64,000 nucleotides of DNA from Narcine bancroftii. Its lineage: Eukaryota. The stretch spans positions 356,004,001-356,068,000 of the forward strand of contig NC_091471.1 in NCBI RefSeq assembly GCF_036971445.1, in the 5' to 3' direction. How positions within the stretch are numbered: position 1 is the stretch's first letter; each line of letters opens with the position of its first letter. The notes below the pieces were generated by a model. It made no database searches. It worked only from the letters and a program-made list of their open reading frames with translations, and had not been told where the DNA came from. This document shows positions 25,363-39,281 of the stretch, piece by piece. The position numbers were made by a program, and so were the translations under genes.

Positions 25363-26394
25363 ATGCGCGATGCGCATGAAAAAATACACACTGACGGGAG
25401 GGGGGAACAGCTGCGGAGTCGATCTCCACAGCTGAGAGTGACAGCTGCAACACAGCAGCAGGTGCAGAACACAGACAATAACGACAACAAGAAAGAAGAA
25501 GGTAAAAAGAAAACAAGGAAACAACAGATGGTCAACCCAGAGGAAGAAGAAGAAGAAGAACAGAAAGAAATGGAAGAAGAAGAGAAAGGCAAGACAATGG
25601 ATATATCTTTTTTTAAAGAATATATGGAATCAGTGAAAGAGTGGCAATTACAAGAATTTAATGAGATAAAAAGAAGAATTATGAATGCAGAAGAAAAAAT
25701 AAATAAAATAGAAATGGTCATATCAGAGATAGGAAAAAGAGTGGATAATGTGGAAGAACGAGAAATAATTATAGAAATGGAAGTAGAGGACTTAAAAGAG
25801 AAATTAGAAGAATCTAATAAAAAAGTTAAAGAGGCACATGAGCTGTTAGCTCAGAAGATAGATATAATGGAAAACTATAATAGAAGAAATAATATAAAGA
25901 TAGTGGGCCTTAAGGAAGATGAAGATGGCAAGAATATGAGAGAATTTATAAAAGATTGGATCCCCAGGGTCCTAGGAAGACCAGAATTACAGGAAGAAAT
26001 GGAAATAGAGAGGGCACATAGAACATTAGCCTCGAAACCAGAACAGCAGCAAAAACCAAGATCCATTTTTGTAAAATTTTTAAGATATACAACAAGAGAA
26101 AATATATTGGAGAAAGCAATGAAGAAAATAAGAGAAGACAAAAAGCCACTGGAATATAAAGGTCAAAAAAATTTTTTCTATCCAGACATAAGTTTTGAAC
26201 TCCTGAAGAAGAGGAAGGAGTTCAATACAGCAAAAACGATCTTATGGAAAAAAGGATATAAATTTACGTTAAAGTACCCAGCGGTACTTAAAATAGTTAT
26301 TCCAGGGCAACAAAACAGACTATTCTCGGATCCAGAGGAAGCACGAAAATTTGCAGAACAACTACAAAACAAGCAGAGAGATGAAGACATGTAA
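25363..26394 (+). CDS. L1 ORF1p (coiled coil + RRM + CTD), open; true start may be a downstream ATG
   Basis: ENYNRRNNIKIVGLKE, IERAHR, KPRSIFVKFLRY, FYPDIS, LKYPAVL motifs. Confidence 0.88.
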   Translation: MRDAHEKIHTDGRGEQLRSRSPQLRVTAATQQQVQNTDNNDNKKEEGKKKTRKQQMVNPEEEEEEEQKEMEEEEKGKTMDISFFKEYMESVKEWQLQEFNEIKRRIMNAEEKINKIEMVISEIGKRVDNVEEREIIIEMEVEDLKEKLEESNKKVKEAHELLAQKIDIMENYNRRNNIKIVGLKEDEDGKNMREFIKDWIPRVLGRPELQEEMEIERAHRTLASKPEQQQKPRSIFVKFLRYTTRENILEKAMKKIREDKKPLEYKGQKNFFYPDISFELLKKRKEFNTAKTILWKKGYKFTLKYPAVLKIVIPGQQNRLFSDPEEARKFAEQLQNKQRDEDM

Positions 26395-26904
26395 TGAGAG
26401 TAAAAATGACCACGAACTATATGTATGTGTGTATATGGGTATATATATATAGATGTATATGTATATGTGTGTATACATGAATGTATCCATATTTAGAGGA
26501 AAATATATAGAGTATAGGTAAGAATCAATAAGGGAATGAAAGGGAATAGAGGGAATAAGGAGGGAATTAAAAGAGTGACCTTTGTTACATATGAAAATTG
26601 AAATCTTTTCCGGGGGGGGCTGGGTGGGGAGGAGTTACGGTCACTGCAAAATCAGTTGACGTTTGCGAGTGAATTCGCAAATCCAAATAGAGAGGGGAGA
26701 TGTGGTTGCCCGACAAGGGATAAAGGGCAACTCAGGAGGGGGAGGGGAGAATGGGGTTAAAGAAGTTTTAAATAGGAGAATAAGGAAAATATTTGATGTT
26801 TTAGAAATGTTGTCTTATAAAGTGTTCAAAACAAGAAAGCAGAAATGGATAAGAAGGAAAGGTGATGATGGTGAAATGGAAATGGAAGATAAACAAAGTA
26901 TGAA

Positions 26905-29900
26905 ATGGCTACGTTGAACTATATGACTTTAAATATTAATGGAATACATAACCAAATCAAAAGGAAGAAACTGCTAAATTTACTGAAAAAAGAAAAAAAT
27001 GATATAGCATTTGTGCAAGAAACACATTTAACTGAATTGGAGCACAAGAAATTAAAGAGAGATTGGGTAGGACATGTAACAGCAGTGTCGTATAATTCAA
27101 AAGCAAGAGGAGTAGCTATATTAATCAGTAAAAATGTACCAATTAAAATAGAAGAGGAAATAATAGATCCAGCAGGGAGATATGTAATGATAAAATGTCA
27201 GATATATTCGGAGTTTTGGAATCTACTCAATGTATATTCACCCAACGAAGAAGATCAAAAGTTTATGCAAGATATTTTTTTGAAGATAGCAGATACGCAA
27301 GGGAACATATTAATAGGAGGGGATTTCAACCTTAATTTGGATTCAAATATGGATAAAACTGGGAAAAAAATTAACAGAAAGAACAAAGTAACCAAATATA
27401 TAATTAAATCAATGCAAGAAATGCAACTTTTGGATATATGGAGGAAACAACACCCAAAGGAAAAGGAATATTCATATTATTCAGGTAGACATAAAACATA
27501 CTCAAGAATAGACCTATTTCTGTTATCAGCTCGTATGCAAGATAGAGTAAGAAAAACAGAATATAAAGCTAGAATATTATCGGACCATTCACCCTTGATA
27601 TTGACAATAGAGTTAGAGGACATCCCTCCAAGAATGTATAGATGGAGATTAAACTCCATGCTACTTAAAAGGCAGGATTTTAGAGAATTCATTGAAAGAC
27701 AAATTAAAATGTACTTTGAAATAAATACGGAATCAGTGAAAGATAAGTTTATACTATGGGATGCAATGAAAGCGTTCATTAGAGGGCAAATAATAAGTTA
27801 TGTAACCAAGATGAAGAAGGACTATAATCAGGAAACAGAGCAGTTGGAAAGGGAAATAGTAAATATAGAAAAAGAATTAGCAATGAAGGAAGATACAACT
27901 AAAAGAAGAGAATTGGCAGATAAAAAAATAAAGTATGAAACACTACAAACATATAAGGTGGAGAAGAACATAATGAAGACAAAACAGAAATATTATGAAC
28001 TAGGGGAAAAAACGCACAAAATTCTAGCATGGCAGCTTAAGACAGAACAAGCTAAGAAAATGGTATTGGCATCAAGGAAAAAAGACAAACAAATCACATA
28101 TAATCCAACGGAGATCAATGAAAACTTTAGAGAATTCTATGAACAATTATACCAAACTGAAAACGAAGGGAAAGAAGGCAAAATAGATGAATTTTTAACT
28201 AAAATTGAACTACCAAAATTACAAATTGGAACAAAATAAATTAACAGAACCATTTGAAATAGTAGAAATACAAGAGATAATAAAAAAAAACTACCAAATA
28301 ATAAAACACCAGGAGAGGATGGATTCCCAATAGAATTCTATAAAACATTTAAAGATTTATTAATTCCTCCCCTCCTAGAAGTAATCAACCAGATTGACAA
28401 AACACAAAGCTTACCAGATTCATGTAAAACAGCAATAATTACAGTAATACCAAAGCAAGGGAAAGATCCACTCGCACCAGCGTCATATAGACCAATATCA
28501 TTACTTAACACAGATTATAAGATAATAGCTAAACTATTAGCAAACAGATTAGCAGATTATGTGCCTAAAATGGTAAATCTAGACCAAACTGGATTTATTA
28601 AAAAAAGACGCACAACAGACAATATTTGTAAATTTATTAACTTAATTCATGCAGTAGAAGGGAGTAAAGCGCCAACAGTAGCAGTTGCTTTAGATGCAGA
28701 GAAGGCTTTTGACAGAGTAGTGTGGAATTATTTATTCAAAGTATTGCAAAAATTCAGTTTACCAGAGAAGTATATTAATTGGATTAAAGCATTATATAAG
28801 GGGCCATTGGCGAAAGTGACAGTAAATGGATATATATCAAAGCAATTTAACTTAAGCAGATCAACAAGGCAGGGATGCCCACTATCACCCTTATTGTTCG
28901 CGTTAGCTATAGAACCACTAGCAGAATTGATAAGAACAGAAAATAATATAAAAGGGATAAAAATAAAAGACAAGGAATATAAAATCAGTTTATTTGCGGA
29001 TGATGTTATAGTATACTTAACAAAACCAGAACTATCAATAAAAGAATTATATAAGAAATTGAAGGAATATGGAGAAGTGTTGGGTTACAAGATTAACGTA
29101 AATAAAAGTGAAGCAATGCCAATGAATAATGCGGATTTCTCAAAATTTAAGAAGGAATCACCATTCAGATGGCAAATGCAAGCAATAAGATACCTAGGTA
29201 TACAAATAAATAAAAATCTCGGCCATCTATATAAACTCAATTATTATCCACTAATGAAAAAATTACAGGGCAATTTAGAGCATTGGAAAGATTTACCATT
29301 AACACTAATAGGAAGGATAAACTGTATTAAAATGAACATTTTCCCAAGGATATTATACCTATTTCAGGCATTGCCAATACACTTGACAGAGAAATTCTTC
29401 AAGGAGTTAAAGAAAATAATAAGGAAATTTTTATGGAAAGGGGGGAAACCGAGGATAGCACTAGATAAATTAACAGAATGGTATAAACAAGGAGGCTTAC
29501 AACTGCCAAACTTTAAAAATTATTATAGAGCCGCACAATTAAGATACCTATCAGATTTTTACCAAACAAGGGAAAAGCCAGATTGGACTAGATTAGAACT
29601 AGATAATATAGGGGAAAAGATACCTGAACACATATTATATAAATGGGATGAAAAATTGGTACAACGTAGGAGTTCTCCAGTATTACATCATCTGCTCAAT
29701 ATTTGGAAGAAGATTCATGTAGAAAGGAATAAAACAAATTACCAATTACCAAAACTATTAATGACGCAAAATCAGTTACTCCCTTTTACAATAGATAACC
29801 TTTCCTTTAGAGAATGGGAGAAAAAAGGGATCAAAAGAATAGAAAATTGTTTTTCAGGAAATAGATTATTTCCTTTGAACAAATGAAAGATAAATACAAT

Positions 29901-30700
29901 ATAACTCAAGATACAGTGCTGGCATATTACCAATTGAGATCCTACTTGAAGGACAAATTAGGAAGCAGTCTGAGGTTACCAGAGGGAAGTATCTTTGAAT
30001 ATGTGATTACAGATACAATGATAATCAAAAGATTTATAACAAATATGTATATTAAACTGCAAGAAAAGGAGAATGAGGAAACAAATGGTAAAACTAACAA
30101 AAATGGGAACAAGATTTAAATATAAAGATAAAAAAGGAAACATGGGAGAAGTTAAGTTCTGGAACGATGAGAAATACAATAAATACGAGGTTACGTATGA
30201 TACATTATAACTGGATACACAGGCTATACATTACACCTCAAAAGTTAAATAAATGGGACCCAACAGTATCTGACCGATGTTTTCGTTTTAAAAAAGAAAT
30301 GGGAACAACAATTCATGCAATCTGGACATGTGAGAAAGTAGAAAAATTTTGGGAAGATCTAAACCAGATATTAAATAAAGTTACAGAAAACAATATACCA
30401 AAAAACCCAGAAATCTTCCTCCTAAGTAACATAAAAAACAAAGAATTTGGAATTGATTTGGATTGTGCACAAAAAAGATTTGTTAAGATAGCTCGAGCCG
30501 TAGCAAAAAAATGTATTATGTCAACCTGGAAATTGGAAGATAATTTGAGAATACAACAATGGTATATAGAAATGAGTAAATGTATTCCATTAGAAAAAAT
30601 AACATATAGTTTAAGAAATAATATTGAAATATTTGAACAAATATGGGAGCCATACATGAAACACAATAGAGAAAATCTACCGGGGACATTCACCACCTAA
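26905..30700 (+). pseudogene. L1 ORF2 (APE endonuclease, RT, C-terminal Cys region), broken by about four frameshifts
   Basis: EN NINGI/FVQETH/GGDFN/SRID/SDHSP; RT LDAEKAFDRV, TRQGCPLSP, LFADDV; shifts near 28227, 28285, 29870, 30098; zinc-knuckle CFRF..H..C has lost its second Cys. Confidence 0.92.
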
Positions 30701-30955
30701 ATTAACGAAAGGAGAAGGAAATGAAAAGAATTGACTCAGTGGAATTTCTTGTTTATTTTTATTGAATGACAACATTGTTTGACTGGTTTAATGTATCTTA
30801 GATTTTGTACTTTAAATGGATGGGGGGGGAGGTAGGGAGGGTGGGATGGGAGGAGGGAGGGGGAGAAAATGACACTGTATATATTTGAAAAGGAAAATGT
30901 ATGTATCATGGTCAATGTGGTTTATGGTGTGAAAAATAAAAAATAAAAAAAAAAT

Positions 30956-31600
30956 AGTTCACTGACAACACGACTGTGGTGGGTCTGATTAGTAAGAATG
31001 ATGAATCAGCGTACAGAGATGAGGTGCAGAGCCAACAACCTGTATCTGAATGTTTAAAAAAAAAGATTGTTGTCAACTTCAGGAGGGCCTAGGGGACCGA
31101 CCACACTCCACTGGCCATTGAAGGCTCCACCGTTGAGGTTATCAAGAGTATCAAGTTCTTTGAATCTCACCTGGTCCCTTAACACCAGCTCTATAGCCAA
31201 GGAAGCCCAGCAGTGCCTCTACTTCCTGTGAAGGCTAAGGAAAGTTCGTCTCCCAACTCCCCCCCCCCCCCCCCCACCCCCATCCTATCGAGAGCATCCT
31301 GTGCAACTGCATCACCACCTGGTTTGGTAGCTCTACCTCCTCTGGACCACTAGACTCTGCCAACGATAGTGATGTCAGTGGAGAAGATCACTGGGGGCTC
31401 TCCTCTGACCATGATGGACATCTAAAACACTTGATGCAGGTGAAAGGCAATAAACATTGTGAAGGGCTCCACACACCCCTAACGTAAACTGTTCTCCCCT
31501 CTGCCATCTGGTAGGAAGTACCATAGCACTAGGCCCCATATGTCCAGATTGGGCAACAGTTTTTGTTCCCCCCAGTGCATCAGACTCCTAAATTCCCAAA
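30956..31600 (+). mobile_element. Rex1/Babar LINE, 3' part
   Basis: Continues FTDNTTVVGLISKNDESAYRDEV..KEAQQCLYFL..LFSPLPSGRKY after the L1. Confidence 0.85.
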
Positions 31601-32329
31601 ACATATGTGCATAGAATACCTTGGTACCAGGGAACAGTATATGTCAGCATCAATCTGAGAATCTGAGTTTGGATGGATCCTTGCCAAATCCTGCAGCACG
31701 GTGACAACTCGAACAAATCACAACCAAATTCACGATTTTCTCCTCTCAATTTAGTCCTTTGTTTTCAACATACATTGATTTAATTCGGATGCATTAATTC
31801 AATAATATCCTAAGTTTAAAATCAAGTGTTGATTAAAAATAAATCCTATGTCTAACTTCTTCTTTGCAAGGCGCAGATTTATGGTTTGAGCCCTTTTTAT
31901 TTAACCGTGCATTTGTTGCTCTCCGTCTCATTATCTCCATTGGTGCAATGTGGATGAAAACACAAGCCATCGCATGTGGTCCAATGTTACAGAACCAAAA
32001 ACAATAATAGATCCAATGCAGTTAATATTCCAGCTGCATGCAATAACAAACTAATAAGAGTCACCATGGCCAGACTCACAAAAATACAATTGTTTTGTAA
32101 GAGTTCAGTATTGTCTCTTTAATTCACAGCATTTAAATCACTGAATTGTACCAAAGACATTTAGTTTCTCAAAACTGCGCATCTTGCTGTCAAATTTCAT
32201 TGATTTTATTTCCAAAGACATAATGAATTGCAGAATTCCTGATGAAAGGCACACAAATGGTGGTACTGGTTGGTATTGTGAGTCGGAACAGAATCGTTTG
32301 CCATCTAAGTCTTTGCTCAAAACATGAGC

Positions 32330-32880
32330 CAGATTAGACCATTGGAGCAGAATTAGGCTATTCAGCCCATCAAGTCTGGCCCGCCATTCAATCATTTTCC
32401 CCCTCAGCCCCACTGCCCGATTTCCTCCCCATAATCTTTGATGCCCTGGCTAGTCAAGAACCTATCAATCTCTGCCATAAATATACCCAATAACTTGGCC
32501 TCCACGACCACCTAAGGCAACAAATTCCACAGATTTACCACCCACTGTCTGAAGAAATTCTGTTCTAAGTGGCTGTCCTTCAATCCTGAAGTTGTGGCCT
32601 CTCACACCATGGGAAATAACCTTTCTGCATCTATTCTGCCCATGTCTTTGTACAAACAAAATGTTTCAATGAGATTTCCCCTCATTTCAATGGCTACAGG
32701 CCAAAATAACCCTTTCATTCCCAGACTCATCCTTGAGAACCTCCTCTGATCCCTCTCTAATATCACTGTGTCCTTTCTTAAATGAGAAGCCCACAATACA
32801 CCAAGCAAGGTCTTTCCAGTGCCTCATAAAAATTCAAAATCACATGCCTGCTCTTATATTCTATTTCTCTTGAAATATTT
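32330..32880 (-). mobile_element. CR1 LINE 3' fragment
   Basis: HLRKD..LERDQRRFSRM..MRGNLIETF and CR1 tail. Confidence 0.8.
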
Positions 32881-33074
32881 CTTGTCAGAAATTAACTCAC
32901 TAACAATATGAGTTGGGAGCAGGGTTGGAGTTGATTACTTCAGTGGTTCAGATCATGGATATCCTTCATGGTGAGGCACACTAGACTGACCTGGATTGGA
33001 GGTGAGGATGGTGTTGGGAGTTATTTTCATATTATTGGAGATTGAGTCGAACTGGCCCTTCTTCACAGAATGAA

Positions 33075-33525
33075 ATGTGAACTAATTGAGACAGATCTAA
33101 TCCTGAGATGAGTTTACAGCGTAGATAGAAAGAGTTCTTTTGTCAGATTGGAATCTTTAGAATGAAGCGTAGTCTGGGGATAAGGGATCAAACATTTAAA
33201 GGAAGATTAGTTGAAATTTCATTACAGAGTGGGCTGTAAACTTTGTTACTACCTACTGCAGGGAGTTCGGGACCTTGCTCAAAATGTGTGCCAGATTAGA
33301 ACATAGGAGCAGAAATAGGCTATTCAGCCCATTGAGTCTGTCCCGTCATTCAGTCATTGAATGCACTCAAGACTGAGATCAGTATAGTTCTGGTCATTAA
33401 GGGAATCAAAATATATGGCAATCAGGCAGGAGGTGAAGTTACAGGTATCACCCTTGGTCATATTGTGGAGAGCTGGGCAGGGAGTTGGGGGGCATATGGC
33501 CATATCCTGCTTTTAATTCTTATGT
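33075..33525 (+). mobile_element. Old CR1 3' fragment(s)
   Basis: caagactgagatc..taagggaatcaaaatatatgg..tcctgcttttaattcttatg tail; short opposite-strand CR1 tail at ~33297-33356. Confidence 0.55.
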
Positions 33526-34108
33526 TGTTGGAGTGGGGAAATCACAACGGTGTGTATGTCGTGAATTTACTCATCTCTAGCCAGGTAATGCAATCAGAGA
33601 GACTATTGGGCTTAGCATCCATCAGTGAGGAATAGTGAGGAGTGAGTATATGAGGCTCTTCCGCACTTGATCATTTGCCAGAAAGGAAAAAAAAATAACT
33701 GAGCTTGGTGTGTGGCATCCCACTTCTTTCTCCCCTGATACATCCACGAACGCCACTGAGCTCATATCCAGACATTTGGATGGACGTGATATATCACAAA
33801 TCCATCTTCAATGCTTAGGGCAAGATTCAGCACATGGCCAATTCTTGACTTGCTTCACTTGACACCAACTCATTCAGAATTGAACAGCTTGTTCAGAAAC
33901 AGTGTTTATCGATTTAGGATGAGATATGTAAAAGAGAGGCAAAGCAACGAGGGAGATTTGAGGGAGGCTTGCTTCAAAGTAAAATGTCATATGATTGGTT
34001 CTGGAGATTAGGTTCATACTCATTTGAATAGGATGTTTGAATAGGATTCCTGTCCAGGATATTTACTGGAAACCATGATCTCATACACACACATTTTCTG
34101 CTTCTTAA

Positions 34109-34300
34109 CCCTTTAGACTCTGACTGTCTTTAACCTTTCTTAAAATGTATTCTGAACTGGGTCCATGAATAAACCTTTACAGTATGAACACCAGTACAAA
34201 CCAGCTGGTGGTTGGGTATAGAACCAGACCTGGAAAACTGGGACATGGAGTATATGCGCTTGTTGGTAGTCCCTGAAAACAGGGAAATGGAGTCCAAGGG
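34109..34300. mobile_element. piggyBac-like MITE
   Basis: TTAA|CCCTTTAGACTC...GAGTCCAAGGG|TTAA; same family as 5908-6096. Confidence 0.72.
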
Positions 34301-34987
34301 TTAAGACTCTCCATCTTAGTACCTTTGATTTCACAATGTTTTGTATCTTGATTCCCACTCTCTCCCTGTTAATTATTTTTCTTGATGTCCCTTTTGAAAT
34401 CCCCAAATTAACTCCTCTGAAGCTCCCTTCAGGATTTTCTCCAAAATTTTAAACTCAGACACATTTTCCATCTTGCTGCACTCTGGCTACACCATCCTGG
34501 ACTAATTTTAGTACTTGAGACCTCCAGTGAGATCTTTGATAGGATCTTTAAGGCTTTTGAAACTGCAATACAGTTATCTTACAAAGTACCCAACAACTCT
34601 GTAAACACTAAGCTGTTCCCCAGGACTCATGCTGTTTCATTTCGTCCATCAGTAATGTTTCTGTTAGATTCATTGGTATTACCTCTCTGAAATATAGTAT
34701 GATGCACTGACCCCTTTGTTTCCAACCATGCTTGTATACTCTTCTTCTGGCATAAGTATTGGTCTGAATCTTATGTGAACTGAGCCTCTCTAACTCTTCA
34801 AACATGAATTCTTCCCCATCAACGATTGTTTATCAATTTGTCAGCACTTGGTCTGCAGCCTTCGGTCCCTTGACAATACAAATGCTCATTAACTATGTAG
34901 TAAAGGTTGGGAGAGTACCTGCCTTCACCTCCAATTTTGGCATCTTCCTCAAATCCTTCAAACCATTTTACTCCTCACCCTACCTTT

Positions 34988-35260
34988 TTTTTAATTTTAG
35001 AGATCCAGCATGATAACATACTTTCAGCCCACAAGTCCGTGCTGCCCAAATACACCAAATAACCCACAAACCCTGTACATTTTGAAGAGCGGGGGTAAAC
35101 CAGAGCACCCAGAGGAAGCCCACGCAGACATGGGGAGAACGCTCAGACTCCTCACAGACAGCACCAGATTTGAACCTGGGTTGATGGTGTTGTAATCGCA
35201 GCGCATTAACTGCTACATTAACCATTGCAATTGCAGCGCATTGACTGCTTCGCTAACAGT
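34988..35260 (-). mobile_element. V-SINE (HE1-like)
   Basis: Antisense V-domain aaaccagagcacccagaggaagcccacgcagacatggggagaacg. Confidence 0.8.
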
Positions 35261-35734
35261 TCATATCCTATATCTTTAAAGAACTTTACTTTGGGGAGAG
35301 GTTTTCTAATATCTATCTATTCTACACCTGTCATAATGTTGCATATCTTTAAGAGGCCTCCCCTCAGCCTCCTCTGCTCCAATGCAATGCTCTGTAGCAT
35401 CCTGCCTCTTGATTGTAGCTGGTATACAAGGTGATCGTGGAACTATCAAATGATCCAAAAAGGAATCCAGTACACATTTAGAATGTGTAATATGCTGTCC
35501 TTCCTCATTTAGCTTGGTCGGTTCTAAACTCAGAGCTGACTCTTAACAGCAAGTCACTCACATTAAGGATGAATAAGAATGGACTATGAATGCTGGCCTC
35601 ATCAGTCATGCTAAAATCTTATGGATGAACAAAAAAGTCGTATATGCAACTAAATTTGTACAAATACATGCATGAAGAAACTTTCCTGGGACCGATATCC
35701 TTCAACTCAAGCGGGACCGAACTTGACAGACTAA

Positions 35735-36320
35735 ATCAGAATTTATTGTCATGAACATGTGTCACGAAATTCGTTGTTTTGGGGCAGCATTGGAGGTGAA
35801 GATTTGCTATACATTACGTTTTTTTAAAGTAAAGAAATTAGTGCAAAAAGAGAGAAAAGCGAGGTGGTGTCTGAATTTTGTTGTGCATTCAGAAATCTGG
35901 TGTCGGAGGGGAAGAAGCTTTTTTTGTGCCATTGGGTGTTCATCTTCAGGCTCCTGTACCTCCTTCCTGATGGTAACAGAGTGAAGAGGGCGTGGCCTGG
36001 GTGGTGAGGGTCGTGGATGATAGAGGCTGCTTTCTTGAGACACTGCCTCTTAAAGATGTTCTTAATGAAGACTAATGTCCATGATGGCACTGGCCAAGTT
36101 TACAACCCTCAGTAGCATTTTCCTGTCCTGTGCTTTGGCACCTCCATACAGACTGTGATGCAAACAGTCAGAATGCTCTCCACAGTACTTCCGTAAAGAT
36201 TTGCAAGAGTCTTTAGTGACAGACCAAATCTCTCAAACTCCTCACAAAGTATAGCTGCTGGCGAGCCTTCTTCATGATTGCATCGACAAGAAGGCCCCAG
36301 GATAGAACTTCAAAGATCTT
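35735..36320 (-). mobile_element. Rex1/Babar LINE 3' fragment
   Basis: RQCLKKAASIIHDPHHPGHALFTLLPSGRRYRSL. Confidence 0.85.
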
Positions 36321-38119
36321 GAATACAAGCCCTGAATATCAATTCATCAATTTACTACAGGCACAGATTTGTATTTAACATCCTGTTGCTTGGTGCAGAA
36401 TGTATACAGTGGTTATGTCCCTTAAATCTGCCCAATGTTATGCTTTAATTGTTCACTGCTCCTGCTGTGTTCATTTTTTTTTCAGTGGTCATATTATATA
36501 ACACTACTTTGTGGCTGTGGTCTATAGACAAACAAGTTCGATGTTATAAGTGAGAATTCCTCCATCACAGTTTGGGAATAGAACCATCTTCCTACCATTT
36601 GCCCAAGGTTGAACTCTATGAACCTTAGTGATGGACCTCTGACCAACACCATCTACCCAATGTGGTACATATCTTCTTCCGAATGATATGAACATAATTT
36701 GTACCAAACTGTCAGCTAACTCATCTCTGATGAAATAAACAAGATGATAACACTAAAAAGTAAAGGTGGAATCTGCAGGCTACAGTGGGATAAATTTCTT
36801 GTAGGCATTACAACATTAAAAAAAGATATTTTAATTAAACTTTAAATATGGATGTTTTTTCTGCTGGCTTCCGCCTTCACTCCAGGGGGAGTTCCAATCT
36901 ACTCTGGGCTACAGACCTCTTCCCAACTGCTACCAGTGATATTCTAATCTTTGCTGACAGGAGGTATGCTTTTAATGTTGGCTTACCCATTATTTACAAT
37001 GGCATGGATTAGCCTGCTTCCGCACAGTGCCCCATCTGTTCATCTGGATGGAGACTGGTATCATTCACCCAAAAGGACTGATGCCTTTGAATGTCAGGTC
37101 AAAACTGTGATTCAAACTGGCTGTGATTAGTTTAATCTTGTTGCTTGTTTCCTTGCTTCATTCTCGCTGCGTTGATGTTAGGTCATTGTATCTATTGAAC
37201 ATGGCAGCAAACACACCAACAATTCAGTTGAGATTACACATATGGGATTACTATTAATTACATTTCACATGTTTACACTCAGCTGTGGCAATAATCAATT
37301 TAAATTAAAAGGGTCTGAATTAAAATATCATGTGGTGTTTAATGAAAATATGAAATGATTCTTTGCTGTGAATCAATTCCTTGGTATCTAGTCCCTCTAC
37401 ATTTATTTATTTAATGGAATATGAGAATAGCGATCTTTAAATATAAAATAGGTTGCTGCATTTAAGATTTCACTTTATTATTTCTGCCCATGAATTTCCA
37501 TGATTCTATTCATGCATTTTTGCCACTGTTGGGTGCGTGTTCTTTCCTTCTGCTTCTGTTTTTAGGCTTGTTTCATCTGCTGCTCATTTCTTGAGGTATT
37601 TTTGGACCATTTCACTCTTGTTGGTGGGGGGCGGGGGGAGACAAGCTGTTCCCATGTTTCAGTGACTAACTCGAGCCAGCTGCTGGAAACAGTTAGAACA
37701 CTGCCTGGGGGTCATCCTTTTGACCCCCCCCACCCCCCCTTAGCCTATGGGGAATTGAACTGGCAGGACCTCATCCACTGTTCCCCCTTTGCAATATTAT
37801 TGACAGTGTGAGATGACGCCCTGCATGGGACGTGCTTCCCACGGCCTTCTGTCCTCGCTTCAGCACATATCCAAATGATGTCATGGGATTTTGTTATACA
37901 AAGCAAATTGAAGTAACTTGTAGAACCAGAAGCCTCTGTCTATTTCTTGTGCCCTTCAAACATAAAAGCAAACCTCTTTGATGTTTGAGCTTATGGAGGT
38001 CTGTATATTTCCTCACTTGATTTTTTTCTTTGCCTACCAATTTGAACCTCTCATTCTTCTAAATTCTAGGGAAATCCAGGCCTATTCTCCTCAATCTCAC
38101 CTCATGATATTTAAGGGGA

Positions 38120-39125
38120 AAAGGTGCAGAAAAGATTCATGAGAACGTCACCGCGACGGGTGTGTCTGAATTATAAAGAAAGGCTAGATAGGCTGGGACT
38201 TTTCTCTCTGGAACTTTGGAGACTGAGTGGAGGACCTTACTGAGTTTTTTTTAAAAATCACAAATAAGGTAAGTAGTCATACTGTCTGCAGACATCACTG
38301 ACAGTAGTTATCCCCCAGGGTAGAGAATAAAAGATTAGAGAGCACAGATTAAGGCAAGAAGGGAAAAATTCAAAAGGGACCTGAGGGGCACATTTTTCAT
38401 ACCAAGGGTGGTGGGTGTACGGAACAAGCTGCTAAAAGTAATGGTAGAAACGTAGAATTGTAATGGTTAAAAGACATTTTGGCAGACACATGGCATGGAT
38501 AGAAAAGATTGATATGGGCTGAATGCAGGCAAATGGGACTTATCTGCGTAGACAACGTGGTGGGCAAGGACAAGTTGGGCCAAGGGAGTCTGTAAAACAA
38601 TGTGACAGCATAACTATGACTCTGTGCAACAAACCTGCCAACATCGGGATCAGTCTAGTGAATTTCCTGAACTCTTCCTCTCGCAAGTATGTCCTCTTTC
38701 AGATCAAAAACTTTACGCAATGCTCCAGGTGCATTTATATAATTTTAGCATCATACATTCACTTCTGTACTCAAAAGGACCTGCCTAATTGTTTGCTGCG
38801 TCTGCAATTAGCTTTCTGTGACTGGTATACAAAAATCCCCAGGTCCCTTTGAACATTAATATTACCCAATAAATTACTATTTAACAAATACTCCTCTGGC
38901 TTGTGCCCCAAAATGAAAGGCCTCACATTTTTTTCATGTTACAGTCATCTGCCAAGCTTGTTCACTCACTCAGCTCGTCTACACCCTCCGAAGCCTCTTT
39001 ATATCTTCTTCCTACTTGGAATCCCAACGTACTATTTTATCATCAGCAGGTTAGGAAATAAGACGTTTTGTCCACTCAGCCAAATTGTCGATATAGATTG
39101 TGAATAGTTGGTATTAATAGCTCAG
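38120..39125. mobile_element. Two CR1 fragments in opposite orientations (38120-38620 plus; 38630-39125 minus)
   Basis: gtgcagaaaagattcatgagaa..aggctagataggctgggacttttctctctgga; cccaggtccctttg..tcatcagca..atatagattgtgaatag. Confidence 0.6.
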
Positions 39126-39281
39126 TATTACTGGTTAGAACTTGCTGTGATTTCTTATTGGAGACGTGTTCTTTAGGACTGCAAGGGTGTTTTGAAGTCA
39201 CCTTGAAGAATGCACAAAATAAATTGCAATTGATCACAATGACAAGGAGAGGACTGCAATTTCTATGAAATAGCGTAGGGT

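Larger units (their letters stand above)
25012..30955 (+). mobile_element. Full-length L1-clade LINE (~5.9 kb)
   Basis: 14-bp TSD AGTTCACTGACAAC (24998-25011 and 30956-30969); 5' UTR, ORF1, ~510-bp spacer, ORF2, G-rich 3' UTR, AATAAA and A tail. Confidence 0.96.
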
